IMG/VR virus record: IMGVR_UViG_3300012928_003423
Span: 6,932-70,931 of that record
Strand: one strand, 5' to 3'
Length of the DNA stretch: 64,000 nt
From: a virus
Part shown: in pieces, positions 1-8,356 of the stretch
How the letters are laid out: the number at the start of each line of letters is the position of its first letter
How positions within the stretch are numbered: position 1 is the stretch's first letter
The notes under the pieces: generated by a model
Told to the model about the DNA's origin: nothing
The model's database searches: none
Seen by the model: only the letters and a program-made list of their open reading frames with translations
Translations under genes and position numbers: made by a program

Positions 1-247
1 TCATATTTACTTCTATTATTTTTTTAGTAGAATAAATAGCTCTTCCGCTTAAATCATAATCAATTACGCAAGAATCAAAATCCTTTCTAGGTTCAATTAG
101 GATAAAAGATTGTTCTAAACCTATGTTATATTCTTCTATTTCATTAATCAAGTCTTCATTTAATGTATCCATATCTTCTAATGTAATCGCTCTTAAATCT
201 TTTAATTCTTCTAATAATGGTAATCCTTTTGAATTTAAACAGATCAT
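1..247 (-). CDS. Hypothetical phage protein (3' end truncated by window edge)
   Basis: Manually translated open frame from ATG at 247: MICLNSKGLPLLEELKDLRAITLEDMDTLNEDLINEIEEYNIGLEQSFILIEPRKDFDSCVIDYDLSGRAIYSTKKIIEVNM..., no stop before base 1. Confidence 0.7.
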   Translation of the reverse strand, partial: MICLNSKGLPLLEELKDLRAITLEDMDTLNEDLINEIEEYNIGLEQSFILIEPRKDFDSCVIDYDLSGRAIYSTKKIIEVNM

Positions 248-254
248 AACAAAT

Positions 255-491
255 TTATTTCTCTGATTCTTTCGTCATTTCAAATTTTATTTCTTCATAT
301 ATTTTATATATTAAATCTTTTTGAGTGTTATATCTCTCAAACTCAAAAGACCAATCTTCTTGAGAGAAATCTTTTCTTTTGGGCAAATTTATTTGCTTAT
401 CTACATTTCTAACTGCAAACAATGCCCTGTTAAATCCATGCCTTACTCCCTTTTGGAATCCTGCATCATGATCATCCATTATTTCACCCAT
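255..491 (-). CDS. Hypothetical protein
   Basis: ORF track; in the co-oriented minus-strand gene run. Confidence 0.7.
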   Translation of the reverse strand: MGEIMDDHDAGFQKGVRHGFNRALFAVRNVDKQINLPKRKDFSQEDWSFEFERYNTQKDLIYKIYEEIKFEMTKESEK

Positions 492-741
492 ATTTATTTA
501 AAGTTCCTTCTTCCATATTTAATTCTCTTTCAATTTCCTTGGCAACATTTTCACCAATAGATATTTCGTGATCTTTCGATAAGGTATCTAATAACTGAAT
601 TAAATTTTTTCCTGTTTTAATTCTATTTTCTTCTCCTATGAGGAATAAATTGTCAGCAGTTACAAGCATAAGATCATCTATTTTAATGATGATATGATTG
701 ATTGCATCTGTGCTTCCTCGTACTCCTAATTGTATTTTCAT
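484..741 (-). CDS. Hypothetical protein
   Basis: ORF track; overlaps neighbours by a few bases (translational coupling). Confidence 0.7.
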   Translation of the reverse strand: MKIQLGVRGSTDAINHIIIKIDDLMLVTADNLFLIGEENRIKTGKNLIQLLDTLSKDHEISIGENVAKEIERELNMEEGTLNKYG

Positions 742-944
742 TATTTATCTCCCCAAAATCCACAAAGACAAGGTTTATCTTTTGCTTCAGTAACAATTAA
801 ATTAATTAATTTTTCTCTGTTCCTAAATATTTGCCTTGACAAATGAATTATTTGTTCGTCCGATAAGACACAATTTTCAGTACCTAGTGGCTCATCTATC
901 TCATAGAGAAATTCTTTTATTTCGCATTCTGTAATCATTTTCAA
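741..944 (-). CDS. Hypothetical protein
   Basis: ORF track; probable ATG start at 938. Confidence 0.6.
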   Translation of the reverse strand: MKMITECEIKEFLYEIDEPLGTENCVLSDEQIIHLSRQIFRNREKLINLIVTEAKDKPCLCGFWGDK

Positions 945-948
945 TATT

Positions 949-1119
949 TCATTTCTTTATAGGTGGAAACCTGCCCCAATCTCCCATTCCATCATAATCT
1001 GCATCATCGCCTATTAACTCAAGAATTTTTTCATTTTTTATCATAGAGTCTTTTATTGCTTTATTCACTCTCTTCCTGTGAATAAATCTATGAATCCATT
1101 TTTTCACTAAACTTATCAT
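949..1119 (-). CDS. Small hypothetical protein (56 aa)
   Basis: Manual translation MISLVKKWIHRFIHRKRVNKAIKDSMIKNEKILELIGDDADYDGMGDWGRFPPIKK; fills the gap between ORFs, ATGA overlap with the upstream ORF. Confidence 0.7.
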   Translation of the reverse strand: MISLVKKWIHRFIHRKRVNKAIKDSMIKNEKILELIGDDADYDGMGDWGRFPPIKK

Positions 1120-1232
1120 TTCTTAAACTTGTTATCTATCCAAACTTTATAGGTATAAAGCCCCATAAGTATAAATGTCAACATGAATCCATCAGACCAA
1201 GATAAATCCCATAATTCTTTTACTTCGCTCAT
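1116..1232 (-). CDS. Small single-TM membrane protein (38 aa)
   Basis: Manual translation MSEVKELWDLSWSDGFMLTFILMGLYTYKVWIDNKFKK; one hydrophobic segment. Confidence 0.65.
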   Translation of the reverse strand: MSEVKELWDLSWSDGFMLTFILMGLYTYKVWIDNKFKK

Positions 1233-1244
1233 ATTTAAACTTTA

Positions 1245-1586
1245 CTATACTATTGTTTCTTTGTCAAGATTTATTTCCCAAGTATGAACCTGTTTTCCGT
1301 AATTGCCTTTTTTCATTACAGATGTTTTATTTAAATGACCTTCTTTGCATAAATTTGTTATCGCTCTTCTTACGCTTGTTATAGGAACAGGCTTACCGAA
1401 ATCAACTTGATTTATGACATCTTCGGGGCTAAATTTTGAATGAGCATTGGCTTTAAAATAATTTAATATAATCATTTCTTGCCTACTAGCCTTTGTATTA
1501 CTTTTTATAAGAGTATTACCTGTCTCTTTATTTGTATTATGGTAAGATTTTCTTTTAAAAAATTTAAATAATGTTTGCATACTCAT
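1245..1586 (-). CDS. Winged helix-turn-helix DNA-binding protein
   Basis: ILNYFK...FSPEDVINQV...PITSVRRAITNLCKEGHLNKT pattern typical of a wHTH; likely start at the second ATG (1580). Confidence 0.6.
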   Translation of the reverse strand: MSMQTLFKFFKRKSYHNTNKETGNTLIKSNTKASRQEMIILNYFKANAHSKFSPEDVINQVDFGKPVPITSVRRAITNLCKEGHLNKTSVMKKGNYGKQVHTWEINLDKETIV

Positions 1587-1615
1587 AAAGTAGCAAAAAA
1601 TAAAACTTATGTCAA
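1587..1615 (-). promoter_or_regulatory. sigma70-like promoter TTGACA-N17-TACTTT
   Basis: -35 at 1610-1615, -10 at 1587-1592, ATG (1580) 6 nt downstream. Confidence 0.7.
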
Positions 1616-1622
1616 GGGAAAA

Positions 1623-1856
1623 TTAAAAATTATTTTCCGCTTTATCAAATAGCCATTTTAGTAAACATCTTAATGTATCTTGATATCTCGCAGGATTTTT
1701 TCTTTCTAACCAAAATACAAGCTCTTCAATGGAAAATTTTATTTTATTAAGAATAACTTCTAATTCTTCTTCGTCACAATCTTCTAACAGATGATCTGAG
1801 AATATAATTATATATTTAGTTAATTCTTTATTTTGTCTTGAATTGACAAAATTCAT
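1623..1856 (-). CDS. Hypothetical protein
   Basis: ORF track. Confidence 0.65.
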   Translation of the reverse strand: MNFVNSRQNKELTKYIIIFSDHLLEDCDEEELEVILNKIKFSIEELVFWLERKNPARYQDTLRCLLKWLFDKAENNF

Positions 1857-1957
1857 CTTAGATCAATTAATAATCCAAAAAATAAAATTGATAGAGTGAC
1901 ATATACGAATAATTCAAGCACATATACATTTACACTTATCTCATTCTCATTTTCCAT
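1853..1957 (-). CDS. Small membrane peptide (34 aa)
   Basis: Manual translation MENENEISVNVYVLELFVYVTLSILFFGLLIDLR; ATGA overlap with the next gene. Confidence 0.5.
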   Translation of the reverse strand: MENENEISVNVYVLELFVYVTLSILFFGLLIDLR

Positions 1958-1994
1958 ACTTTTTTATTTTTATCTAGTTTTAAACTGAAGAGCA

Positions 1995-2069
1995 TTATTT
2001 GCTTATAAAATGGATAAAGCCAACTAAAGCAATTAAAATGAAGAAACTTACCAACCAAATCTCCCACAT
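1995..2069 (-). CDS. Putative micro membrane peptide (24 aa)
   Basis: Manual translation MWEIWLVSFFILIALVGFIHFISK; entirely TM-like. Confidence 0.4.
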   Translation of the reverse strand: MWEIWLVSFFILIALVGFIHFISK

Positions 2070-2100
2070 AATAAAATAATTTACTCAATAAGGTACTCAC

Positions 2101-2298
2101 TTAATTTTTCTTACTTTTAATCGAAGCTATAATTGATTTCACTCCACCTTCATTTTTGGTATGTAATTGCTCTCCATTAACAAAAGTTATCTTCCACCAT
2201 TTTTCTTTTTTCATAGGATCAATCCTTGCTTTTACATAGACAACATTTTTAGGATTAATAAAATATTCTTCGTTGTTTGAATCTTCTATCTGTATCAT
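2101..2298 (-). CDS. FlbD-like small beta protein
   Basis: MIQIEDSNNEEYFINPKNVVYVK...KITFVNGEQLHTK resembles the FlbD-family pattern; start moved to ATG 2298. Confidence 0.45.
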   Translation of the reverse strand: MIQIEDSNNEEYFINPKNVVYVKARIDPMKKEKWWKITFVNGEQLHTKNEGGVKSIIASIKSKKN

Positions 2299-2303
2299 AA
2301 TGT

Positions 2304-2639
2304 TTATGAGAAAATATCTTCTTGATCGCAATCTTGTTTATACATATTATCTTGAAATTCTTGAACCTTTCGATCTCTCGCAAGCCTCTCTAAATCTTCT
2401 AAACCTTTGGACACATCTTCTTTATTAAATAAATGCCCCTGCATATTGCCATCCCTTTCTTCTTGAGTGAACCATTGGTATTCTGTATTGAACATATCAT
2501 CCACATTGCTTGGATGAAATCCTGCTCCGACTAATAACCCCTTGAATTGCTCTACCAACTCATTGAGGTTTGATCCGTCATAACCCTCATCGGATTCAAC
2601 GCTATGAGTTTTATTATGTATTGTAAGTGATAGTTTCAT
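2304..2639 (-). CDS. Hypothetical protein
   Basis: ORF track; upstream promoter at 2671-2699. Confidence 0.7.
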   Translation of the reverse strand: MKLSLTIHNKTHSVESDEGYDGSNLNELVEQFKGLLVGAGFHPSNVDDMFNTEYQWFTQEERDGNMQGHLFNKEDVSKGLEDLERLARDRKVQEFQDNMYKQDCDQEDIFS

Positions 2640-2640
2640 A

Positions 2641-2886
2641 TTACCAAAAATTTATTGTTATATTTTCTCTATTATGAGGATGATTCTTTAATTTGTCAAG
2701 GACTTTTTTCAAAACCTTTATTTGGTAAGTTTTTCCTTTCGAGTCAGACGACTCTAATTCAGAAATCATATCTGATATTATTTGCCTGTCGAATCTTCCT
2801 TTGTAACTCCAACCTAAATCAAAACCTCTTGTTAAACCTCTTTGATGAGCCTCTTCAAAACTATTATTTACCCCATCATCAAACAT
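2641..2886 (-). CDS. Hypothetical protein
   Basis: ORF track. Confidence 0.7.
   Translation of the reverse strand: MFDDGVNNSFEEAHQRGLTRGFDLGWSYKGRFDRQIISDMISELESSDSKGKTYQIKVLKKVLDKLKNHPHNRENITINFW
2671..2699 (-). promoter_or_regulatory. sigma70-like promoter TTGACA-N17-CATAAT
   Basis: -35 at 2694-2699, -10 at 2671-2676. Confidence 0.6.
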
Positions 2887-2889
2887 ATT

Positions 2890-3027
2890 TTATTTCTTTT
2901 CCCAATTAATGTCTTCGTAGTTTTTTTTAAACTTTTCAGATATGTTTCTAGGAGAAGAACCCTTGCCGTTTTGATGTTTAGGCTTAGATTTTTTTGGTTT
3001 AGTCGGTTTCTTTGATTTCTCCTTCAT
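2890..3027 (-). CDS. Small basic hypothetical protein (45 aa)
   Basis: Manual translation MKEKSKKPTKPKKSKPKHQNGKGSSPRNISEKFKKNYEDINWEKK; GKG.sPR...F..N...I motif common in small phage proteins. Confidence 0.65.
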   Translation of the reverse strand: MKEKSKKPTKPKKSKPKHQNGKGSSPRNISEKFKKNYEDINWEKK

Positions 3028-3301
3028 TGCCGTACAACTCTATTATATCTTCTTTTTCTGATTCATCTACAAGTGGAGCAAATTTTATTTCATCATACTT
3101 TAATATATTATAATAACTTTTATTAGCATCATCAAGCATTAATCTTAAAGTTTGCAATATGCCTTCGGGACTTTCTTCAACTAATTCGGGTTCTTCTGAA
3201 TGAGCGGATATTTTTCCCTCATCGTTATAAATAACTTCAAATAATCCGTATTGATCGGGTTGACCCTCTACCTCTCGTTTAATTATTCTATAATTCCACA
3301 T
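2999..3301 (-). CDS. Conserved phage hypothetical protein (WNYRII type)
   Basis: MWNYRIIKR...YGLFEVIYNDEGKI N-terminus seen in many phage hypotheticals. Confidence 0.7.
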   Translation of the reverse strand: MWNYRIIKREVEGQPDQYGLFEVIYNDEGKISAHSEEPELVEESPEGILQTLRLMLDDANKSYYNILKYDEIKFAPLVDESEKEDIIELYGNEGEIKETD

Positions 3302-3304
3302 ATT

Positions 3305-3751
3305 TTAATAAATACAAAATGATCCTTCTCTTAAAAATTTAATAAATTTTTTAAGATAATCTTTGTTTGATTCTCCCGAAAACCTAGTGACTAAAGCAGA
3401 TTGCTCTTGATTCCAAATCTTAGCTCTCTCTTTAAGAAATTCATCATCAATAGGTATCGACTCTCTCTTCTCTACTTTTTGGTCGGGTATGTCATCAAGT
3501 GAGGTTTCTAAAGCATCGCTAAATGCTTTGGCATCTTCACTACCAACTATTTGACCATCGTTCCCGAAATAAGAACCTTCGTATTCGTCTTTAAATTCCT
3601 CGTAATCTTGATAACTTTCAAATCTTTCCATAGGAATAGTAGTTCCTTTGGGTTGCCAATTATAAGCTAAAGCTAAATTAATAACTTCTGCCCAACCCCA
3701 CATATTCCATCTGAAATATTCACCTTTTTCGTTTGTTAAATCGTAGCCCAT
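3305..3751 (-). CDS. Hypothetical protein
   Basis: ORF track, 148 aa. Confidence 0.75.
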   Translation of the reverse strand: MGYDLTNEKGEYFRWNMWGWAEVINLALAYNWQPKGTTIPMERFESYQDYEEFKDEYEGSYFGNDGQIVGSEDAKAFSDALETSLDDIPDQKVEKRESIPIDDEFLKERAKIWNQEQSALVTRFSGESNKDYLKKFIKFLREGSFCIY

Positions 3752-3778
3752 ATCTATAACCTTTCTATCTAGTTCCTT

Positions 3779-4081
3779 CTAGTTCCAATCAAAGTCTATA
3801 TTGTAACCTACCGCACGACGTTTGTCAATGTTTTTCGATGGACAAGTTACTTCAATACAAATATCCCTGCAAAGATGGTCATCTTCTATGATCGGCGCAC
3901 CTTCTTTGTCCATCTCTTCTACCCAATCTATGTTCATGTCATCTTCTTGCCAAAGATTATCTTCGGACATATCATCTAACCACATAATTGGCGCAGATAA
4001 ATCGTCTCCAACTAAGTCTTGTCTAATTGTTAACCAACTATACCATCCTTCTTCTCCTATTTTTGCATCTTTATTTTTCAT
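3779..4081 (-). CDS. Acidic hypothetical protein
   Basis: ORF track, D/E/W rich. Confidence 0.65.
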   Translation of the reverse strand: MKNKDAKIGEEGWYSWLTIRQDLVGDDLSAPIMWLDDMSEDNLWQEDDMNIDWVEEMDKEGAPIIEDDHLCRDICIEVTCPSKNIDKRRAVGYNIDFDWN

Positions 4082-4244
4082 CTTCTACCAACTCCAACCT
4101 AACATATCTTTTCTTTTCTCCATTCAACAATAATTGTTTATTTAATTTAAATGCCTCTTCCTTGTTCATCTTGATTGGTTTTTCGGGCAATCTCTCATGT
4201 CCATGTGGGCGATCCCAATCAACTGCAATGTACTCTACTCTCAT
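4071..4244 (-). CDS. Small hypothetical protein (57 aa)
   Basis: Manual translation MRVEYIAVDWDRPHGHERLPEKPIKMNKEEAFKLNKQLLLNGEKKRYVRLELVEDEK. Confidence 0.6.
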   Translation of the reverse strand: MRVEYIAVDWDRPHGHERLPEKPIKMNKEEAFKLNKQLLLNGEKKRYVRLELVEDEK

Positions 4245-4809
4245 TTTTATGCTCCATTAATTGTTTAATTTTATCTCTAGCTTGATGCCAAAGCTCTTTT
4301 TTTTCTTTCTCGTTATTCGCTTTTAATTTCTTTATTCCATAAGAATACCACGCATCACATATCTTGTCAATGTTTTTATCATCGGGTTTTACATTATAAT
4401 GATTCCAATTTTTTTCTCCATCAATTATTTCTTCCTCTATCCATTCAGCAGGGAAACCATTTGGAAAATACATTAAATTATAATCTTCTGCAAATTTTCT
4501 AGCAAGAGAAACAAAACTATCTTCAACTTCGTGTGATTCGTACAAGTCTGCATCTTCATGCCAAGACTCATAGACACTAATTTCAAATTGAAAAGTATCT
4601 TTAATTGCAACATATTCTTGCTCAAACTTTTGTCGATTGTCATCGCCATGTTCTAATATGTCAAGAGTATGGGCTTTGCCATACCATTTCATATGTTTCA
4701 TCACTCGACTGCGATAAACAATATTTTGAAATTTTTCAAGAAGTTCGCTATTGGACATTGGAGTCCTTGACGTTCTCCTAAAACTTACTGATAATCCTTC
4801 TCCGCTCAT
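4219..4809 (-). CDS. Hypothetical protein
   Basis: ORF track, 196 aa. Confidence 0.75.
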   Translation of the reverse strand: MSGEGLSVSFRRTSRTPMSNSELLEKFQNIVYRSRVMKHMKWYGKAHTLDILEHGDDNRQKFEQEYVAIKDTFQFEISVYESWHEDADLYESHEVEDSFVSLARKFAEDYNLMYFPNGFPAEWIEEEIIDGEKNWNHYNVKPDDKNIDKICDAWYSYGIKKLKANNEKEKKELWHQARDKIKQLMEHKNESRVHCS

Positions 4810-4810
4810 A

Positions 4811-5146
4811 TTAAATTTCTATTTCTGATTTTTGAGTTACAGGGTAATAAAAAGCTAAAAACAATGTATGATTGGTATTAATAGAGTAATATTTATTATC
4901 TTCTGTTGGTGGATCAACAGGATAAACTTCGCAAGTCCAACTTCTATCGGGGTCATCCCAATCCGACATCATGTGGAAATTATAATCAACGAAACTGCCA
5001 TCGTCTAATTTTAAAGCATTCCAATAATCTGTATTATCACCATCGGTTTTAACATCGTGATCTGCTTCAACTTTTTTAGCATGATCGAAAAACAATTTAA
5101 GTATTTTCTCTTTATATTTTTGCTCTAATTCTAAATAAGTATTCAT
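4811..5146 (-). CDS. Hypothetical protein
   Basis: ORF track. Confidence 0.7.
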   Translation of the reverse strand: MNTYLELEQKYKEKILKLFFDHAKKVEADHDVKTDGDNTDYWNALKLDDGSFVDYNFHMMSDWDDPDRSWTCEVYPVDPPTEDNKYYSINTNHTLFLAFYYPVTQKSEIEI

Positions 5147-5149
5147 ATT

Positions 5150-5407
5150 TTATTCTCCCTTTTCTTCTGTAAATCCTTCTACATTTTTACTTGAAATAAC
5201 CCCATTGGAAACTAAAGCCTCAAAGGTATTCCATAACTTTTCATATCTAACTTTATTTAATTCGATAATTCCAATAAGAATATTCATAATCTCGTCTTCT
5301 GATGGAACAACAGGAGAGTCTCCTATTCTATACAAAAGAACTTCTAATTCTTCGTTAGTTGTAAACACTTCGCTTATCGCTTCTTCTAAATCAAATCTAT
5401 CATTCAT
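5150..5407 (-). CDS. Hypothetical protein
   Basis: ORF track. Confidence 0.7.
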   Translation of the reverse strand: MNDRFDLEEAISEVFTTNEELEVLLYRIGDSPVVPSEDEIMNILIGIIELNKVRYEKLWNTFEALVSNGVISSKNVEGFTEEKGE

Positions 5408-5939
5408 GGTATCTGACTATATAGGTTTTTATAGGGCTGTCAATAAAAATATTATTTATCATTGCAAAAATTATTCCCCAATCTCCACCTGCAAGACCGC
5501 ATGATATACCCCAAGGTAATCCGAGAACAGGTGGGGGAGAAGGATCATATTCATGCTTGCTTACATTCATTTCAAAAAGATCATTTTCGACACCTTTCAA
5601 TGCTTGCCAAAATTTTTCGTAATCAACTTCTCTTTCTCTTCCAATACTCGCTTGAGTATACATATTATAAATCAAGCCATTATTAACTTGAGCTTTGGAA
5701 AACTTGCCTAACCAATGAACATATTGACCATTTTTATCGTACTCAGTATTAAAAGCCTTTGTATCTGCTTCGTATGCTTCGGGATAACGATCTTTTATTT
5801 GTTTTGCAATACCCGCTCCCATAATATTTCTAGTATTACAAGAGTGTGCAATAACATTAATATCATTCGGGAAGTCTAATAAGTTCCCATCTATTATCGT
5901 AATTGAGTTTGAATGTGCCTTGGTATCCTTCATTTCCAC
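5400..5939 (-). CDS. Macrodomain protein (ADP-ribose binding / glycohydrolase, TARG1/DarG-like)
   Basis: DGNLLD...VIAHSCNTRNIMGAGIAKQIKDRYP and LPWGISCGLAGGDW macrodomain motifs. Confidence 0.9.
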   Translation of the reverse strand: MEMKDTKAHSNSITIIDGNLLDFPNDINVIAHSCNTRNIMGAGIAKQIKDRYPEAYEADTKAFNTEYDKNGQYVHWLGKFSKAQVNNGLIYNMYTQASIGREREVDYEKFWQALKGVENDLFEMNVSKHEYDPSPPPVLGLPWGISCGLAGGDWGIIFAMINNIFIDSPIKTYIVRYHE

Positions 5940-6273
5940 CTATCTTCTCATAAGGTGAAAATAAAGTCAAGAAAAAAGTTTTATCTTTTTTTTGATAAAG
6001 GTAATATTCTTTGCCGATCACAGGTTTAAAGCGAAACTCCGCATTAAATATTATTTCATTCCATTTGTAGTCTTCAGCTAATTCCTCAAACTCTCTCTTT
6101 AACTTATTGAAGCGCTCTTGATAATGTTTATTTGCAGTATGAACTGCTCCTAACTTCCACCCACCAAGACTATGATCGGGTCGAATAACAGGAGCGCCTA
6201 CATTACTTGCATAGGGCAAAGAATGTGGGTTAGGCGCAACATTATCGGGCAAATCCTTTTCGCTCATTACCAA
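5863..6273 (-). CDS. DUF2452-like protein
   Basis: LPYASNVGAP...FNAEFRFKPVIGKEYYLY...FLTLFSPYE...GTFKLNYDNRW. Confidence 0.7.
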   Translation of the reverse strand: MVMSEKDLPDNVAPNPHSLPYASNVGAPVIRPDHSLGGWKLGAVHTANKHYQERFNKLKREFEELAEDYKWNEIIFNAEFRFKPVIGKEYYLYQKKDKTFFLTLFSPYEKIGGNEGYQGTFKLNYDNRWELIRLPE

Positions 6274-6458
6274 TTTTTAATTATATTCGCTATAATAAAT
6301 AAGCAAGTAACCATATTTAGAACGACTATAATAGTTCTAAGGATTAAACTAAATCTAGCTTCTTTTAGAGATAATATTGGTATATCGGGCTGATCCTCAT
6401 CTGTTTTACCAACTCGATGATCTAATGTTCTAGCCCATATCAACCAAAGTTTTTTCAT
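6267..6458 (-). CDS. Small membrane protein
   Basis: LWLIWARTL...C-terminal hydrophobic helix LRTIIVVLNMVTCLFIIANII. Confidence 0.7.
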   Translation of the reverse strand: MKKLWLIWARTLDHRVGKTDEDQPDIPILSLKEARFSLILRTIIVVLNMVTCLFIIANIIKNW

Positions 6459-6727
6459 GGATTATTGTACAAATATTCGCTTACTTGAGAAAGAATGAAT
6501 CTACCCTCTCTTGTGGAATGCAAACTTTCTGATGTATAATTAGTGCCTAATTCTTTATTTATTGTTTTGGTGATTTTTTCTAATGAAGACTTTTTTAATG
6601 ACTCTATTTCCTCCGCATCTATACCTGTTGCATCTGATATTTCTTCGGCACTCATTGCTGAGTAGTCTTCTTTTTCACGTTTAGAGGAGACTAATCCTCT
6701 TAGTCTTTTTTGTTGTTCTTTATTCAT
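6455..6727 (-). CDS. Small protein with a sigma-70 region-4-like HTH
   Basis: MSAEEISDATGIDAEEIESLKKSSLEKI resembles sigma region 4.2; start placed at ATG 6727, 7 nt after the -10 box. Confidence 0.5.
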   Translation of the reverse strand: MNKEQQKRLRGLVSSKREKEDYSAMSAEEISDATGIDAEEIESLKKSSLEKITKTINKELGTNYTSESLHSTREGRFILSQVSEYLYNNP

Positions 6728-6734
6728 GCAAAAA

Positions 6735-6763
6735 AACATAGCATGATATTCTGTTCATGTCAA
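6735..6763 (-). promoter_or_regulatory. sigma70-like promoter TTGACA-N17-TATGTT
   Basis: -35 at 6758-6763, -10 at 6735-6740. Confidence 0.7.
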
Positions 6764-7216
6764 GTCTCTTCTCTTTTTCACTATTTTATCATAATATTTT
6801 TTATCCCAAAAATTATAATAATTTGTTTTATGTAATTTGTCAGAATATTTATTTAATTCATTTAAAGGTTGAATAAGTAATATTGCATATTCTTTATTGT
6901 TAGTCTCTACCCCATTTATTTTATTTATTTGATTGGGATGATCCCATATTAACCAAAGATTTTTATGTGCTGAATATTCTTCATGTATATTGCAGAACCA
7001 CTCAAGCCAACTAACATCATATTTATGCTTGTCTCCATATATAAGATATAACATTGGATGCTCTTTATTATCCATACATTTTATTGCATCAACCCAAAAA
7101 TCCTCAGATTGTATTATTTGAATTTTATCTAAAAAACTTTTAGCAAATGGACAGATTGCATGACCGCCAAGCTCATCTCGCTTTAAAGAGATATAATCTA
7201 TATAATCGTTAATCAT
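6755..7216 (-). CDS. DUF1415-like protein
   Basis: GGHAICPFAK motif corresponds to the conserved LCPFA motif of DUF1415. Confidence 0.55.
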   Translation of the reverse strand: MINDYIDYISLKRDELGGHAICPFAKSFLDKIQIIQSEDFWVDAIKCMDNKEHPMLYLIYGDKHKYDVSWLEWFCNIHEEYSAHKNLWLIWDHPNQINKINGVETNNKEYAILLIQPLNELNKYSDKLHKTNYYNFWDKKYYDKIVKKRRDLT

Positions 7217-7965
7217 TTAAAAAAATGATGATCATCATATTTTTTTATTTTATCTAAATCTTTTGTCTTTTCTATTTTAGAATCTCTTTCGCAAAGCCAT
7301 TTATAATGATTGACATCATTAGACCAATTCTCTCCTGTCCAAAATTCAAAACCTTGGTAATCAGATTTATATATACAACATTTTTCATAACCTAAACCAA
7401 GATACATATAATCTTTGCCTTTAGATATACAATAATCTATTTCCGCTAAATTTGCATACTTGCCAAGGTATAGCTTCGGATTCTCATAATCCCATGCAAA
7501 TTGAGTAGAGAAAACGCTATTTGAACCAACATCTCTTAGGAATGTAAAAGCTATTGGCTTATCTTCTAAATAATATAACAAGAAAAACTTTCTATCAGCT
7601 TCAGTTTTTGTTAAAGGTTCTAAATCCCAATCTTTAAAACTTCTGTAAGAAATATATTTTTTAAATATATTTTTTAAAATATTATGATCTACATCTTTTG
7701 ATTTAAAATCTTTTACAACAATATTCTTGCATTTTTTTCTGCATTTTTTATTTTGCTTTGTGTCTGAAAAGTTATTTAAGTTTATCCTTGTTTGTCTAGC
7801 TTGATACCAATGCGACCTATCTCCTTTTAATAAATAGTCATCGGGCAACCATCCTTCTTTTAACGCAGTATCTTCTTCTTCAAGAGAAACTTCAGCCATA
7901 CAATCAAAGAATAAATAATCATACTCTGTTATAGCTCCCGAATAATGCTTAAAGTATATCCTCAT
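7213..7965 (-). CDS. Aminoacyl-tRNA-protein transferase, ATE1/Bpt family
   Basis: ALKEGW...WYQARQTRINL (ATE_N-like); LYYLEDKPIAF...SVFSTQFAWDY...YLGKYANLAEIDY...YMYLGLGYEKCCIYKSDYQGFE (ATE_C-like, conserved YK..Y..E). Confidence 0.75.
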   Translation of the reverse strand: MRIYFKHYSGAITEYDYLFFDCMAEVSLEEEDTALKEGWLPDDYLLKGDRSHWYQARQTRINLNNFSDTKQNKKCRKKCKNIVVKDFKSKDVDHNILKNIFKKYISYRSFKDWDLEPLTKTEADRKFFLLYYLEDKPIAFTFLRDVGSNSVFSTQFAWDYENPKLYLGKYANLAEIDYCISKGKDYMYLGLGYEKCCIYKSDYQGFEFWTGENWSNDVNHYKWLCERDSKIEKTKDLDKIKKYDDHHFFK

Positions 7966-8336
7966 TTATTGCTAAAATTTATATCATCAAAATTATCTCT
8001 ATCAATTATTTTATGCTTTAAGGATGTCGGGTTAAATTTATTTAATTCATTTATTACTAAATTTACATCATAATCTTTGCAACTATAAACATCTAATTGA
8101 ACTAAATTAGGGTCAGTCGTATCCCAAGAATGCAAGCATATATGGCTAGTAGTTATTAAACAGAATGCACTAATACCCTCATTACCCTTTTTGTCGCACA
8201 TAACTGCTCTTGGAGAATATAGTATTTCCATATCTATAATTCTAACTAAATTTTTAATCCATTCTTGAGTAAATATAGTTGACCTAAAAGGAGTTTTTTT
8301 AAAATTGCAACTTACTAATAAATGTTTATGATTCAC
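7962..8336 (-). CDS. speD: Pyruvoyl-dependent S-adenosylmethionine decarboxylase-family proenzyme (SpeD/SpeH-like)
   Basis: HKHLL N-terminus, GISAFCLITTSHICLHSW...LDVYSC; T-S-H self-cleavage site; GTG start. Confidence 0.85.
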   Translation of the reverse strand: MNHKHLLVSCNFKKTPFRSTIFTQEWIKNLVRIIDMEILYSPRAVMCDKKGNEGISAFCLITTSHICLHSWDTTDPNLVQLDVYSCKDYDVNLVINELNKFNPTSLKHKIIDRDNFDDINFSNK

Positions 8337-8356
8337 TAATAATAATTACACTAAAA

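Noticed and set aside
1936-1995. 19-aa ORF MLFSLKLDKNKKVWKMRMR after a TAATG overlap
   Set aside because: Too short and overlaps the better-supported 34-aa ORF; cannot be supported
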